Positions 41,701-53,219 of a DNA stretch of 64,000 bases are shown piece by piece. Origin of the DNA: Phoronis australis (Eukaryota > Animalia > Phoronida); the NCBI GenBank assembly GCA_002633005.1, contig NMRA01000386.1:262032-326031 (forward strand). The letters are read 5' to 3'. Numbering within the stretch: the first letter of the stretch is position 1; each line of letters opens with the position of its first letter. The notes beneath the pieces are model-generated. The model saw only the letters and a program-made list of their open reading frames with translations. It was not told the DNA's origin and made no database searches. A program made the translations under genes and the position numbers.

Positions 41701-44700
41701 GCGGTAGCGTTTGGTTGGCTCATTGAACATGCCACTACTGGGGCTTTGCATGTCGTGTAGAAAAGGTGTTTTTCTTGCCACATTTCTTAAAGAAGTGATT
41801 AGTGCTAATGTTGGATTTGCTGTTAGCTAGAGTGACGTTCTGTCTCCTACTTTTTCAGAAAAAGAAAACCTTGACATGAAAGACATCAGTGACAGAACTG
41901 TAGTGTTTGTCTTGGGTAAGTTTAGTTGAAGTCGTTCTCAACTAACTTTTTGTACTGTAAAGGTTATTCTCAACTATTTTGTACTAAACAATTACCAGAA
42001 TTGTCATTTTCCATTTTTAAAAGCCTATTTCTTTGCTACAAATAATGTAAACTTCACTAAATGTTCTTAAATGATTTCTGCACAGTACAAACCATGCCGG
42101 TAATAGACTTAAGTTTTCTTAATGTTTACTTTTGTGGAGAAATCAATAAAATAAAATCAGTTCACTTTTTGGCTGTTATAGTGTGCCATTTGGTGTTTCG
42201 ATGCCATACAAACTTCATGCAAAAAGTTTATGACTACACCTCTAGCCAAAAAGTTTATGACTAAATCTCTAGCCATGACTAGATCATTGGTCAGTGATTA
42301 GAGCTCTACTTAATTCATTTGCATAATTTGGACGTGACATAATCTCTAGTCAGTTACCAAAGCTCTAGTCCTGACTAGATCATTAGTTAGTGACAAAAGC
42401 TTTAGTCAGTTCATTTGCATAATTGGGATGTGACTAAAGCTCTAGTCAATGACTAAACAGCCTGAAATTCTACTCTAGTCACTGACTAGAGCGTTGGTAA
42501 CTCTCTGGAGCGTTTGTAACTGACTAGAGCGTTAGTCATGACCAGGCTTTTTAGTCATGAGTAGAGTTTTAGTCTGACACTTGCCAGTTATGTGACATTC
42601 AAATGTACCATGGACAAACTTGTGTCACATTTTACTCATGACTAAAATGAGTCTTTACATGTGACTGAAACGTGACTACCCCAGGGTAAGGGTATTCAGA
42701 TGTTAAGTGATGACGGGTCATGGTAGTAGATGACGCAATTTGGACCCGGAAATAAGAATAAGCATGCAGTCACACTGGGTCCAAAACGTCATTATCCCGT
42801 CAAAATCACGTCATGCTAAACATTCCTATTGCTTGAGTTTTCAACATGAGAATTAATTTCAGAAGCCAAACAGTTTAGAAAATCACCAATTTTAGTCCAC
42901 CACATATCAATTTATTTTAGCCAATGTTTTATTGCGCTGAAATATTCGCTAAAGCTGTAAATGCACACAAAAGCATCAGCACCCCTGAGTAACAGGTTTG
43001 TTGACCTCAGAAGTAGCTTTAAATTTGTACGTTTTGGCAAAGTACTAGATGCTGTGAAACTGGCTGAGTTTCTAATATCCTCGCGCAACGCCATCTGTGA
43101 AAACCAACAATTTTGGTTCACACTTGAGGGTGGAACCTTTTGTTTTGGTTCTTTGATATGGCAAGTTAGCATTTCTAATTTCCTGTTAATTCACAAAAAT
43201 TCAGTGAATTTCTCTGATTGCTTCAAGAGGATCATAGCTGATTTCAGCTTGACAATAAGTTAACGTGATGTGGAACTTAAGGCAACAATATCTTCCCTTT
43301 TTAGTGCAGAAGCTTAAATTTAGAAATGTGCAAAAGTTGGCCTAGATTATCCCATGTCAGTTGGAATGTTTTGCCCTAATGCAGGTCAATTGTTATCATT
43401 GATTTTGCCGCCAGGTGGCCCCGGTAGTGGCAAAGGAACACAGTGTAAGAAAATAGCTGCTCAGTATGGCTTTTGCCACTTGTCATCCGGTGATCTGCTG
43501 AGAAGTGAGGTTGAGTCAGGCTCAGAATTGGGTAAAGAGCTTGTGAAAATCATGGAGTCTGGAGCACTTGTACCTATAGTGAGTTTTGTTAGATGCAATT
43601 GACATGCCTGGAGATAGCGGTCATTTGAGGATATGGTGCCCATTCCATGAAACTGATTTGTCTCAACTTTCAAACTGTAAAACTTCCACAAATCAGTAAG
43701 TTGGTCAAACTTAAGACAAGACTTACGCAAGTCAAAAAACTTAAGTCAAACCTAAGATCTTTTTCTTGGAACAGACTTTTGACAAATTGAAATTGCATCT
43801 TGAAATTGACACAAAATGTAAGATTTGTCTTAGCTAAGTCAGTTTTCTTGGAATGGGCCCGTGTTCCTGGAATTCTTCAATATCGTAACAATTTATTTAT
43901 GATGCGGAACGGTCAAATTAAAGAAAACTGTTTTGAAAAGTCTCGATGCCTAAAGAAATCTGAATGTCTGTCTTTAATGATAAGGATATGATATCTTATC
44001 CACGAGGGTCTGATCCTAACCATTTTTATTGACATGTGACAATTTCTATCTTTCACGTGCCACCCAAACATTTTGAAGTTGTAGCGTTGTAGGACAGAAC
44101 CAATGAAATGGACACTTTGAATGATTGGTTATCAAATGACACAACTTTTTCCCACCCTTTAGTTTTCGACTTCTTGCTTTTTGAAATTCAAACACCAGTA
44201 TTTGCAGGTTAGTCATAAATACAGCATCTCGCTGTAGTCCATTTATTTCTCACTGTAGGAAACTGTGCTGACTCTGTTGAAAAAGGCCATGATACGCAAC
44301 TCCACAGCAAAAGGCTTCCTTATAGACGGGTATCCCAGAGAGGTTGAACAGGGCAAGCTATTTGAACAGGAGGTAGCCTTTTTGCGTGATGTTCAGCATA
44401 CTACAGTGTTTTAAAGTGAAGACTCGAGAAGCTCTTCTGATAATCTGTGAACCAGAACAACTCCAGAATAATCTTATCAGAAATGCTAATGATATTTAAT
44501 CCTTGGTTGAAGGAATTTTATTGGACGTCAGTGTAGCTGAAACTAATTACTGCACTTAGCTTGGAAAGTCTTTATTGTTATCATCTCTGAAGGGAGTATT
44601 CAATAGGCAGCCTCATCATCAACCTTATATTTCAGATTAAGCCGTGTGACATAGTTCTTAGCTTTGACGTGTCAGATGAAACGTTGGTTGCCCGCCTGCT

Positions 44701-47700
44701 GAAGCGGGCGGAGACCAGCGGGCGAGCAGACGACAATGAAGAAACGATCAAGAAACGTCTGGCCACGTTCCACGAGAAAACTCAGCCTCTCATTGACCAT
44801 TATACTGCAGAGGGCAAGACAAAGTCTGTAAGTGTCGGCCATTGGACTATGATGTATGACACATCCTTTGCATGGGCGCATCCAGGATTTCAAAAACAGG
44901 GTGTCCAAAATGAGTTTTGCAATTTCTCAGGACGTCCGTGGCCAGTAACGCATGACAGCGTTTTTATGACCCGAAATCCAATTGCTGTTATAGTGTTGTA
45001 TGTTACCGTGGAGACATGGTTCTGCAAGTTGTTAGCATCTTGCATACATTTCTAAACCAACGTTTTGTTCTGGAATTGCTGCTAGCAAGTGAAAAGAGTC
45101 GAGCATGTTTACCGTACTTGCTTATTGTACTTTGGTGTCCAAATACTGCACAGGGCATCCTACCGAGGGTGTCTAAGTTTGAGTCAGTGTGCCGTGGACA
45201 CCCTCTAGATGAAGGCCTGGCTTTGTTGTTGTATGTCAACTGAAATAAGTATGTAATTGTGATACTCATTATGTGTCTTACTTTTTAAACCTGAACATCC
45301 AGATGGCTGAATAGACTGATTTAGACAAAAAAGTAATGGCGCATGTTGTCGTAAACACTGCCCAAGAGACTTGTTCATTGGTAGTGGGGAAATATTCACG
45401 CAGACTGTTAGTCAGTTACTAGGTTGTCTGGCTCATTAACAACTTCTTATCACACATTTTGATCATTCTTTGAAATTTCTTTCAGATTCCTTCAGAGGGC
45501 ACTGTTGAAGAAATATTCAGTGAAGTTGAGAAATTGTTTGAGAGCTTAGGCATTAAAGGTATAGTTAATGGCTCGTGTTTCAGGTGTATCAAATTCCTGC
45601 TGTCCTGTACTGTATAGTCTATCCAATTCTGAACAAAATAATTGCCAAAATTGCGCTGTTTCCATTTTCAAGGGCTTCTAATGCTGTGAATGCCCAGCTT
45701 TTCAAAACTTTGTTTAATTGTAAGTGCGAAAAATCTTTGACTTATCATTTAATTTGTGTTTGTTGGAAAAAATGAAGTAAAATTTCACTTGTCAGCCATA
45801 TTATGTCCGGAGTTGATGAGATTTTACTGTTTACAAGGATTTGTAATATACTCAAAATGCATCTAGTAGTTGACAGTTGATAAAGGCTTGCTAATAATGC
45901 ACTTATCTTATGTGAGTTTAGAAAATGTCTAGATCTTTTATCTTAAAATATTAATCTTAAGTTTTAGACCATGCATTTTCTATAAACATTTTTGTGACTA
46001 TATTTGGTTGTAATTTTCTTCCAGTCATGTGGTTTGCCATGCTTACAAAATGTGACAACTTTGTGATAACTTTTTACGCTGTCTGCGTTTTGTATTGAAC
46101 AATACATTGCTACAGCTTGCAGTCAGATTTGCTTGATACCAAACTTGGCTATGAATTGTTATTTGTAAACCAGGCATAGACACCAGCTGATACCAAACTT
46201 GGCTATGAATTGTTATTTGTAAACCAGGCATAGACACCAGCTGATACCAAACTTGGCTATGAATTGTTATTTGTAAACCAGGCATAGACACCAGCNATGT
46301 TCGGAGGAACGTAAATTGTCAACATTGCCGGGGCATCTGGGACAGCGTGGTGGGATTTTCAATGGCGTCTCGTGTTATTGTTAAGTGCGGCGACAAATAC
46401 TACCGCTCTGCAGCCATGCTACTGATGGTGGTAACGTTTTTTTTTTGTTTTTTTTCTCTTTTTAGTCCTCCCGATTTTTTTCGGGGAAAGGTTCACATTG
46501 ACCATTTCAAGGCTGGTTATCGGGCATGATTTGGGCCGCAAAAGTTTCCGCGTTTTTTGTCATTGGTCATTCCAAGCCCTGGTTGTTGTATGTCAACTGA
46601 AATAAGTATTTAATTGTTATACTCATTATGTGTATTACTTTTTAAACCTGAACATCCAGATGGCTGAATAGACTGATTTAGACAAAAAGGTAATTGCGCA
46701 TGTTGTTGTAACCACTGCCCAAGAGACTTGTTCATTGGTAGTGGGGAAATATTCGCGCAGACTGTTAGTCAGTTATTAGGTTGTTTGACTCATTAACAAC
46801 TTATTGTCACATGTTTTGATCATTCTTTGAAATTTCCTTCAGATTCCTTCAGAGGGCACCGTTGAAGAAATATTCGGTGAAGTTGAGAAATTGTTTGAGA
46901 GCTTAGGCATTAAAGGTATAGTTAATGGCTCGTGTTTCAGGTGTATCAAATACCTGTTGTCTTGTACTGTATAGTCTATCCAATTCTGAACAAAATAATT
47001 GCCAAAATTGTGCTGTTTCCATTTTCAAGGGCTTCTAATGCTGTGAATGCCCAGCTTTTCAAATCTTTGTTTAATTGTAAGTGCGAAAAATCTTTGACAT
47101 ATCATTTAATTTGTGTTTGTTGGAAAAAAATGAAGTAAAATTTCACTTGTTAGCTATACTGTGTCCGGAGTTGATGAGATTTTGCTGTTTACAAGGATTT
47201 GTAATATACTCAAAATGCATCTAGTAGTTGACAGTTGATAAATGCTTTCTAATAATACGCTTATCTTATGTGAGTTTAGAAAATGTCTAGATCTTTTACC
47301 TTAAAATATTAATCTTAAGTTTTAGGCCATGCATTTTCTATTAACATTTTTTGTGACTATATTTGGTTGTAATTTTCTTCCAGTCACGTGGTTTGCCATG
47401 CTGACAAAATGTGACAACTTTGTGATAACTTTTTACGCTGTCTGCGTTTTGTATTGAACAATACATTGCTACAGCTTACAGTCAGATTTGCTTGATACCA
47501 AACTTGGCTATGAATTGTTATTTGTAAACCAGGCATGGACACCAGCTGATACCAAACTTGGCTATGAATTGTTATTTGTAAACCAGGCATAGACACCAGC
47601 GTACTCAAGGATCACGACATATTCTTCTGTCTGGGTGGATCAGGCAGTGGGAAGAGTACGCAGTGCTTAAAGATCAACAAACAGTATGGGATTACGCACA

Positions 47701-50700
47701 TCTCTACCGGCGACCTCTTGCGAGCTGAGATGGACTCTGGCTCAAGCCGGGGTCGAAAGTTAAAGGAGATCATGGGGAAAGGTGACCTAGTACCAATTGT
47801 AAGTGGTAAACACTGTACACTGTAAGAACACTTAGTTTTACGGGTACAAGTCAATGCCAGGGATCCCCGGCTTCGAGAACCAGTTTAATGCTTGTTATTC
47901 AATGGAGGAAACTGGTTCTCAAAGTCCAAGACCCCTGATAGTGACTATTGTCGTTTTAATGTGTAGTTCGGACGTAGGTACTTGGTAAGCGACTCCATAA
48001 CTAAAGAGCCATGGAACTAATATCGAGGCCTGATTATCATCAGACAGCTAAAAGTGCTCTGACAACTAAACATTCACTGTCGAGTCAAATTCATTGATTT
48101 TCATTTTTTTAACAGAAATTAATGTAGTAATACTAGTCTTAGAGTTTGTCCCATTTTCAAAAACTGCGCATTCATTTTCAGTGTCGTTTGTGTGGTCCGC
48201 AACCTATTAAAATTATAATAATTTCCAAAGTCTTTCTAAATTTCAAAGAATGGTAATTATGTATGTTTGATATGCTTCATTTTTGAAACATTTGCATTGT
48301 TGTTAATTTTGAAAATAATCCACTGACGGAATGTAACTGTGTTGTATAGGGCTTAATATGGGCTGTTTTGTGCAATGGGAACCATGAGGCCTGCGCACAT
48401 CTGATGGGCTGCAAATGACATCAGACCACCAGCACCATTTTTCAGTATGCTTAAGATTGAGGAAAAGTTTTCTAATTAACATCTGCTTGCCTTGAGAAAA
48501 TGAAAGTTTAACTCAAGACATTTGCCATTTGTGCAAACTTTAAGAATCCATATTTACCGTAGTCTGGAAATATGACAGACGTAATGGCCGTGATGAGGAG
48601 CTATTGAAAGGGGCTGATACAAGGGTTGAAAATGCTTAAATTAGAATTTAGAAGTCACATACATGATACAAAACCTCAGGCCAATGTGACATTGCGTTCA
48701 GTGAATACACAACCTAATAGGTTCGTGCCACATAACATGATGAACAAACGACCACTGTTGTGTGTCTGAAGTGACTGGTTAACAGTCACTACAATCCACT
48801 TATTTCCTCTTTGAGTTACCAAAAGTCCCCATGTTAGCCAAAGAGTACCGCGCAGTCACCAACATGACTCATGTTTGGGATTCGGTCTTCATTTTAGTCT
48901 GTGTATGACGTGAACAGTTTGTCTGATATAGTGTATTGAGGTGACGGTAAAAGTGAGGACTTTGTTTGACCCTATTACAAGTTCTATGAACATGCATGTT
49001 TATAACACAGAAAAATCCGGATCTATGCCTTTTAAAGTCACTTAAGTGTTGACCTTTTTACTTGTCAGGATGCTGTCATAGAGTTACTGAAAGAGGAGAT
49101 GTGCGCGAAAGCGTCCGGCTGTAAAGGGTTCATAATTGACGGCTTCCCCAGAGAAGTTGACCAGGCATTGAGGTTTGAAGAGGAGGTAAAGACACTTATG
49201 TGTGATACAGTTCGCATGTGTGCTGCAGAGCTTAGGTTACATGGTACTAATTATTTTGTGGATTAAACTAACATAATTAGGAAACAACTTCATGTATTGA
49301 GGTCATCCCCAAGACAGATTTGAACCAGCGGCCTGAGCGACAGCAGTCAAACCCATTTTTTGGTAGAGCTAAAAGGCCTTATGGCGAGTAGCCAAGTGTT
49401 TTGAGCATATTTCACGGATAAGGCACTTTTTGCCTTGATTTCAGTCAATTCTACCAGATGTCTGGAATCGGCGATTCCTAATAAAATAACAAAAACATTT
49501 TGCTGTTTTTGTAGCTCCAAGAAGTCTATCCTAATTTAAGCAAAAAAAAATTTTTTTTGACCCTTAACATTGATTGTACCCCTTCAAGGAGTTAAACTTT
49601 GACAGACAGTACCACCTCTAACGCAATAGCAGGTCCTGGATAGAAATCTCCTTTTCCTGGAGGTAGGGAAATATGTTGTCACATTGACCTGGTTTTACAA
49701 ACGTTCAACCAATTCTAGGAATCGTGTCAAAAAATATTGTGTCTAAGGATACTAGTTCTCAAAAGTGTAACCAACTTCGTGCCTTCACTGTTGTAGCCCA
49801 CTGCACAGTATAGTAAAACTTCGCTGGCATTGGAAGGCCGAATACAGTCTATGCATTTGCAAAAAATTAAAACGACAAATAACACGAGGACTCCAATGGC
49901 GCGTAAATGAGGCTAGAGAACTGGTTTACTGAATCAGATTTTGCAGCATTATGAGTAAATTTTGTGAGGTTCGAGTGTCGCTGTGTTATCTGGGACTGTC
50001 GTTTTGACCTGATCCTGCAGTTTTCAATCTTTTCAGTGTTGTCCTCATTTGAGGAGTCCTTTGCATGTTTTGCTTGTTTGATATCATTCTGTGTGTATTC
50101 TGATGGTTACTAGTGCAATGTAGAATTCGGTTTGTTGATACATAGTTGTGTCATGTGATCATAACTTATACTGCGTTTTAATGTATCTCAGGGATTTCAT
50201 CGTCACACTGTCACCTTTGTTCAAGGTCAAGCCAGCTAAAACTGTGCTCTTCTTTGACTTGTCCGAAGATACAATGAAGCAGCGAATCACAGAACGCGCA
50301 AAAGAAGGCGGCCGATTGGACGATAACGAGGCAACGTTTGAGCGAAAGATGACCAACTTCACGAACCTTACCAAGCCCGCTGTGGACCACTTCATGAAGC
50401 AAGACAGAGTCATCACGGTCAGTCATTAACGTTGTTGCCGTGGTGATATTAAACACATGTACATGTTAGGAGATATTCAAGTCTCTAAATTCAAACACAA
50501 TGCTTTGACACGATTGGCTAATCAGATGTTCAGGCATTTTTATTGGTTGAAGATAGCATTGTGAATGTATCATCTACAGTCAACCTAATCAGCTCGCCAT
50601 TCAGCAGTGGCACATGAGGGAATGTCTAATGAAATCACTGACTTATAAAGTTAACCTTTAATTTTTTGTTTCATTTCAGATCAATGCGGAGGGAACAGTT

Positions 50701-50748
50701 GACGACGTCTTTACGGAAGTGCAGAAACAGCTGGATGGACAACTATAA
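14742..50748 (+). CDS. AK5: Adenylate kinase 5-like protein: N-terminal D/D (RIIa/Dpy-30-like) domain plus four AK domains; 5'-partial
   Basis: Exons: 14742-14946, 15462-15500, 16321-16434, 17919-18094, 18513-18626, 19059-19247, 19801-19894, 21573-21767, 22727-22902, 23816-23929, 24659-24850, 26147-26224, 34713-34728, 37641-37742, [39589-41199 optional], 41859-41915, 43415-43578, 44259-44372, 44636-44827, 45486-45558 (or its copy 46843-46915), 47587-47798, 49069-49185, 50226-50417, 50680-50748 (TAA). Without the optional exon this is 2994 nt, in frame (997 aa). [22 protein letters not shown] resembles the AK5 N-terminus. There are four P-loops (GGPGSGKGT three times, GGSGSGKST once). The linker micro-exons are less certain. 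Confidence 0.92.
15075..15088. promoter_or_regulatory. RFX X-box-like motif GTTACCATGGTGAC in a 5' intron of the AK gene
   Basis: Close match to the consensus GTTNCCATGGNAAC. Confidence 0.5.
15869..15882. promoter_or_regulatory. RFX X-box-like motif GTTTTCATGGCAAC
   Basis: 13/14 match to the consensus; the second such site within 800 bp. Confidence 0.45.
16321..19894 (+). CDS. AK5: AK domain 1 exons (AK5 first-domain type, degenerate LID)
   Basis: PIMFVMG|GPGSGKGTQ...[18 protein letters not shown]|...LIVEGFPR...|[12 protein letters not shown]...|[14 protein letters not shown]; core exon sizes 176/114/189/94. Confidence 0.9.
17075..17235. mobile_element. Dispersed repeat fragment with internal gtcatgacgg/cccgtca motifs
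   Basis: A related, inverted sequence lies at about 4422-4610. Similarity was judged by eye. Confidence 0.45.
21573..26224 (+). CDS. AK5: AK domain 2 exons (AK5 first-domain type)
   Basis: PIFFLMG|GPGSGKGTH...[18 protein letters not shown]|...FVIEGYPR...|...[13 protein letters not shown]...|[11 protein letters not shown]; core exon sizes 176/114/192/78. Confidence 0.92.
24018..24127. repeat. Intronic inverted repeat, 44-bp arms with a ~22-nt loop
   Basis: tgatctaatgtgaaagtgggggagcattgattaagtgtgatctt pairs with aagatcatacttaatcaaggctccccaactttcatgttagatca. Confidence 0.85.
26656..26741. repeat. 28-bp minisatellite x3
   Basis: Unit tgtgtaatgtatcatggatagtaaggaN. Confidence 0.85.
26982..27050. 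repeat. 22-bp minisatellite x3
   Basis: Unit caatgaatttggtgaaaaataa. Confidence 0.85.
29148..29195 (+). CDS. Candidate alternative first coding exon of the AK gene, [16 protein letters not shown] (N-myristoylation motif)
   Basis: gtcATGG start context, M-G-x-x-x-S-K motif, and a phase-0 donor CAG|gtgact matching the phase-0 micro-exon at 34713. A TATATAAAG lies at about 29122. Confidence 0.4.
31713..32164. mobile_element. Foldback element: ~200-bp modular inverted arms built from aacacgg/cggactca motifs
   Basis: Both ends read AGGTACCT. Arm 31713-31920 mirrors 31952-32164. Flanks gtatgtata and tgatgtata resemble a decayed 9-bp TSD. Confidence 0.8.
35294..36671. mobile_element. 1.38-kb non-autonomous Tc1/mariner-pogo-type element
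   Basis: Perfect 25-bp TIR CCGTATTCGCCGTAATAACCGCCCA, TA target duplication on both sides, and subterminal TAAGCGCCC motifs. No transposase ORF. Confidence 0.9.
39589..41199 (+). CDS. Giant 1611-nt (537-codon) phase 1-1 cassette exon of the AK gene, or alternative first exon starting at ATG 39705
   Basis: Open frame 39576-41219, GC-richer than its flanks. Acceptor ttcctgccttag|AT at 39588/39589 and donor AAG G|gtgagg at 41199/41200. Both phases match the flanking exons (donor at 37742, acceptor at 41859). Confidence 0.75.
41859..45558 (+). CDS. AK5: AK domain 3 exons (AK1-like, canonical)
   Basis: VVFVLG|[10 protein letters not shown]...HLSSGDLLR...LVPI|...[13 protein letters not shown]...|...[15 protein letters not shown]...|[11 protein letters not shown]; core exon sizes 164/114/192/73. 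Confidence 0.93.
42226..42575. repeat. Modular repeat or MITE-like element built of tgactagag/ctctagtca motifs in both orientations
   Basis: More than 10 copies of the motif are visible; boundaries are approximate. Confidence 0.6.
45225..47600. repeat. ~1.07-kb direct duplication (45225-46295 vs 46582-47600) flanking N46296, including one AK exon
   Basis: Colinear copies with scattered substitutions. Exon copies are at 45486-45558 and 46843-46915. Confidence 0.92.
46134..46295. repeat. 54-bp VNTR x3 (x2 at 47493-47600) containing the AK domain-4 splice acceptor
   Basis: Unit tgataccaaacttggctatgaattgttatttgtaaaccag|gcatagacaccagc. Confidence 0.92.
47587..50748 (+). CDS. AK5: AK domain 4 exons (AK1-like, variant P-loop) and stop codon
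   Basis: [16 protein letters not shown]...HISTGDLLR...LVPI|...[12 protein letters not shown]...|...GGRLDDNE...|[22 protein letters not shown]; exon sizes 212/117/192/69. Confidence 0.92.
47850..47946. mobile_element. Small palindromic element (gagaaccagttt...aaactggttctc core)
   Basis: Imperfect ~37-bp inverted arms. A related element lies at about 56566-56670. Confidence 0.55.
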
Positions 50749-52404
50749 AGGACTGTCACATCTGTCGAGGGTTACTCTTCTGCCATATAGGAACTAAATT
50801 ATTGTCAAGTCTCCTGATCTTCTGTTTTTAAATTATCATTTTAATTTGTGCATGTTTTACAGTTGTTCGTAACTTAGTTCATGCTACGAAAGAAAATTCA
50901 ATAATAGAATCTTTGGTATACATCTTTGAATAATTGTTCACCCGATAATTTGATAAAATAGCATTCATGTAGAGCAGTATCCTTGACTATGTCCACCAGA
51001 GTATTATCTAAATGGCTGGTAAGATAGTTCTCGTTTAGGTCTTGAAAGACTTGTCGTATTCCTTGCATGATACATGACTTGAGACACTGTAGAGGGGTCA
51101 AGGGGTCAACGGGTTTATTCATGTTTTATCTCTGGCATAATTGCCTCTTATCAAATGACACGAAATTTCTGTATCTTGGAAGTCGAGAGATCTCTGATGC
51201 TGCACTGATATTGTTTCCTGGTGGCTTTACAGTGAGCACTGAACTACACTAACATGACTGCTTCTGGTAACATTGTTTTGCCTACTTGTTATTGGGAAAT
51301 ACCTCTATCCAAATATTTCAATGCATTATAATTTGCATCTGCTTTGATAGTTTTGTTATTTTACTTATTTGCTAATCTTATCTGGACAAATTGAAGCACA
51401 TTCGGAACCCCTTTGTTGCTTTGATTTTGGTGTTAAAACATACGCAGCATTTCTTGTTAATGGATTCATTGTATAACTTAAATACTGGGTCTTTTAGTTG
51501 GCCTGCTTTGATGTACATTTTTCGTTTAGAATATTGTTACATATAATCGTTTCTGCAATATTGTGCGACATTTTTTATACAAAATTGAACAATCTACGTG
51601 CTCCAGTTAATTTATTAATATTTTTCCTGGTGTACGAATATGATATTAACAGCTTAATAAGTTTTTAAATTAATAAAATTACTGGTAATACAAAATTTAA
51701 TGATTGCGTTATCAGTTGTCTGATGAAACTCCGTTATTTCAAAGTTTTTGCAGTCGTTTTCTTGTAGACAGTGATAAATCTACTTAAGATCCATGTTAAC
51801 AGAGACAATTATTACTGGCTTGGAAAAAATTACATCCGACTAGGCTGCATTATATGGAGCTTTTGTTGAAACAGGCTATGTTGGAACAGGGACACCTTGC
51901 CCAAACAAAATTCTCTAGATCGTGGTCAATTTTTTACTGTGGAGTTACTGCCGACACCGAATTATCACAGAGTTAAATTTTTAAAAAGAAAATTCTTCTC
52001 GTAAACACAACCGTCGGACACTGTGTCCATCCGTGTGCCATGTTGAGCTGTAAGTGGACCTTGTTTGTGGGAACTTTGGTTGTAGGTGCGTGCAGCTATG
52101 TTTTGTGTGCCCTGCGGTATTTGACTGTGCGCAATCCGTGTTTACGAGTCGGTGAGAATTAACTGGACTTGTTCGCCATGTTGATACATGTAAGGAATGG
52201 TTTTTAGGCATGTAACAGCCATGTTTTTCCAGCATCAGGTGAGAGCTTATGCTGGCCAACTCGTGTGCAAGTCGACTCATACCCTAGCCCTACTAATATG
52301 ACTTCAACAGCTGCCTAGTCTCTTACATTTACACACGTAACACTAATTACATTTAGATTTTTGTAATGTCCGTTATTCAGTGAATGGTTGAATTGCCACG
52401 AATT

Positions 52405-52640
52405 GACCAGGGTACTAGTTGACTAGAGTACGATTCGCCTTCAAACTAGTTGACTTGACTACTATTTTTTATCGCAACATAAGTATAAAACAATACTGTA
52501 ACAGTAATGGTACAGAGAATTAGCCTACTACATGTAGTTGACTTGGGTACTAGTCGACTTGTGTATTAGTGGACTGGGGTACCAGTTGACTTTGGTACTA
52601 GTTGACTTGGGTATGAGTCGAATTGGGTGAGAGTGGACAT
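52405..52640. repeat. ~16-bp degenerate tandem motif (ggtactagttgactt), probably from a MITE
   Basis: About 7 adjacent units at 52536-52640, with further units at 52405-52460. Confidence 0.7.
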
Positions 52641-53219
52641 TGGTAAAAGTTGTCTCTTAATCTTTGTCTCCACACCTTGCAAATCTCCAGTATCAGTGCA
52701 ATAGATCTAATTAATGTATTACCATTTGAATCTTCATTCAATAGTACAGAATCGTGGTATAGGATCATGGTAATACCAACCAGACCTCAGTATTTGGGTA
52801 ACATTTCGGTCGAGGCTTGTGGAGAGCCATGCTAGCATCTGTTCACTTATAAACAGTGTCAGTGTCCCCCAGAAGCCGCTAGTCCCTGCCTTATGCTCTT
52901 CAGGAACTCGTTGCAAGCTTATGTTTGTAAAAATGTCTATATATATTATCTGTGATAAGCAGGATAGGTAGAGGGAATGTTTTTTATATGTAATTATTTT
53001 TATTGCAAAAATATAATGCTTATGTCAAACCTGTGTCTATTCATATTCTGCAACACATTTCTTCACACTTGATTATCAATTTGTGATGTCACTGTCGTGT
53101 GGCTCCGCCCTTTTCCTGAATAGGCATCTGAAGGTTGACTGATGCTACTCTATTCATGGTCAATTAAATCTTAAAAGGTTGATTGACAGTTGATTCATGA
53201 GTGCTAACCACTGACTGGC

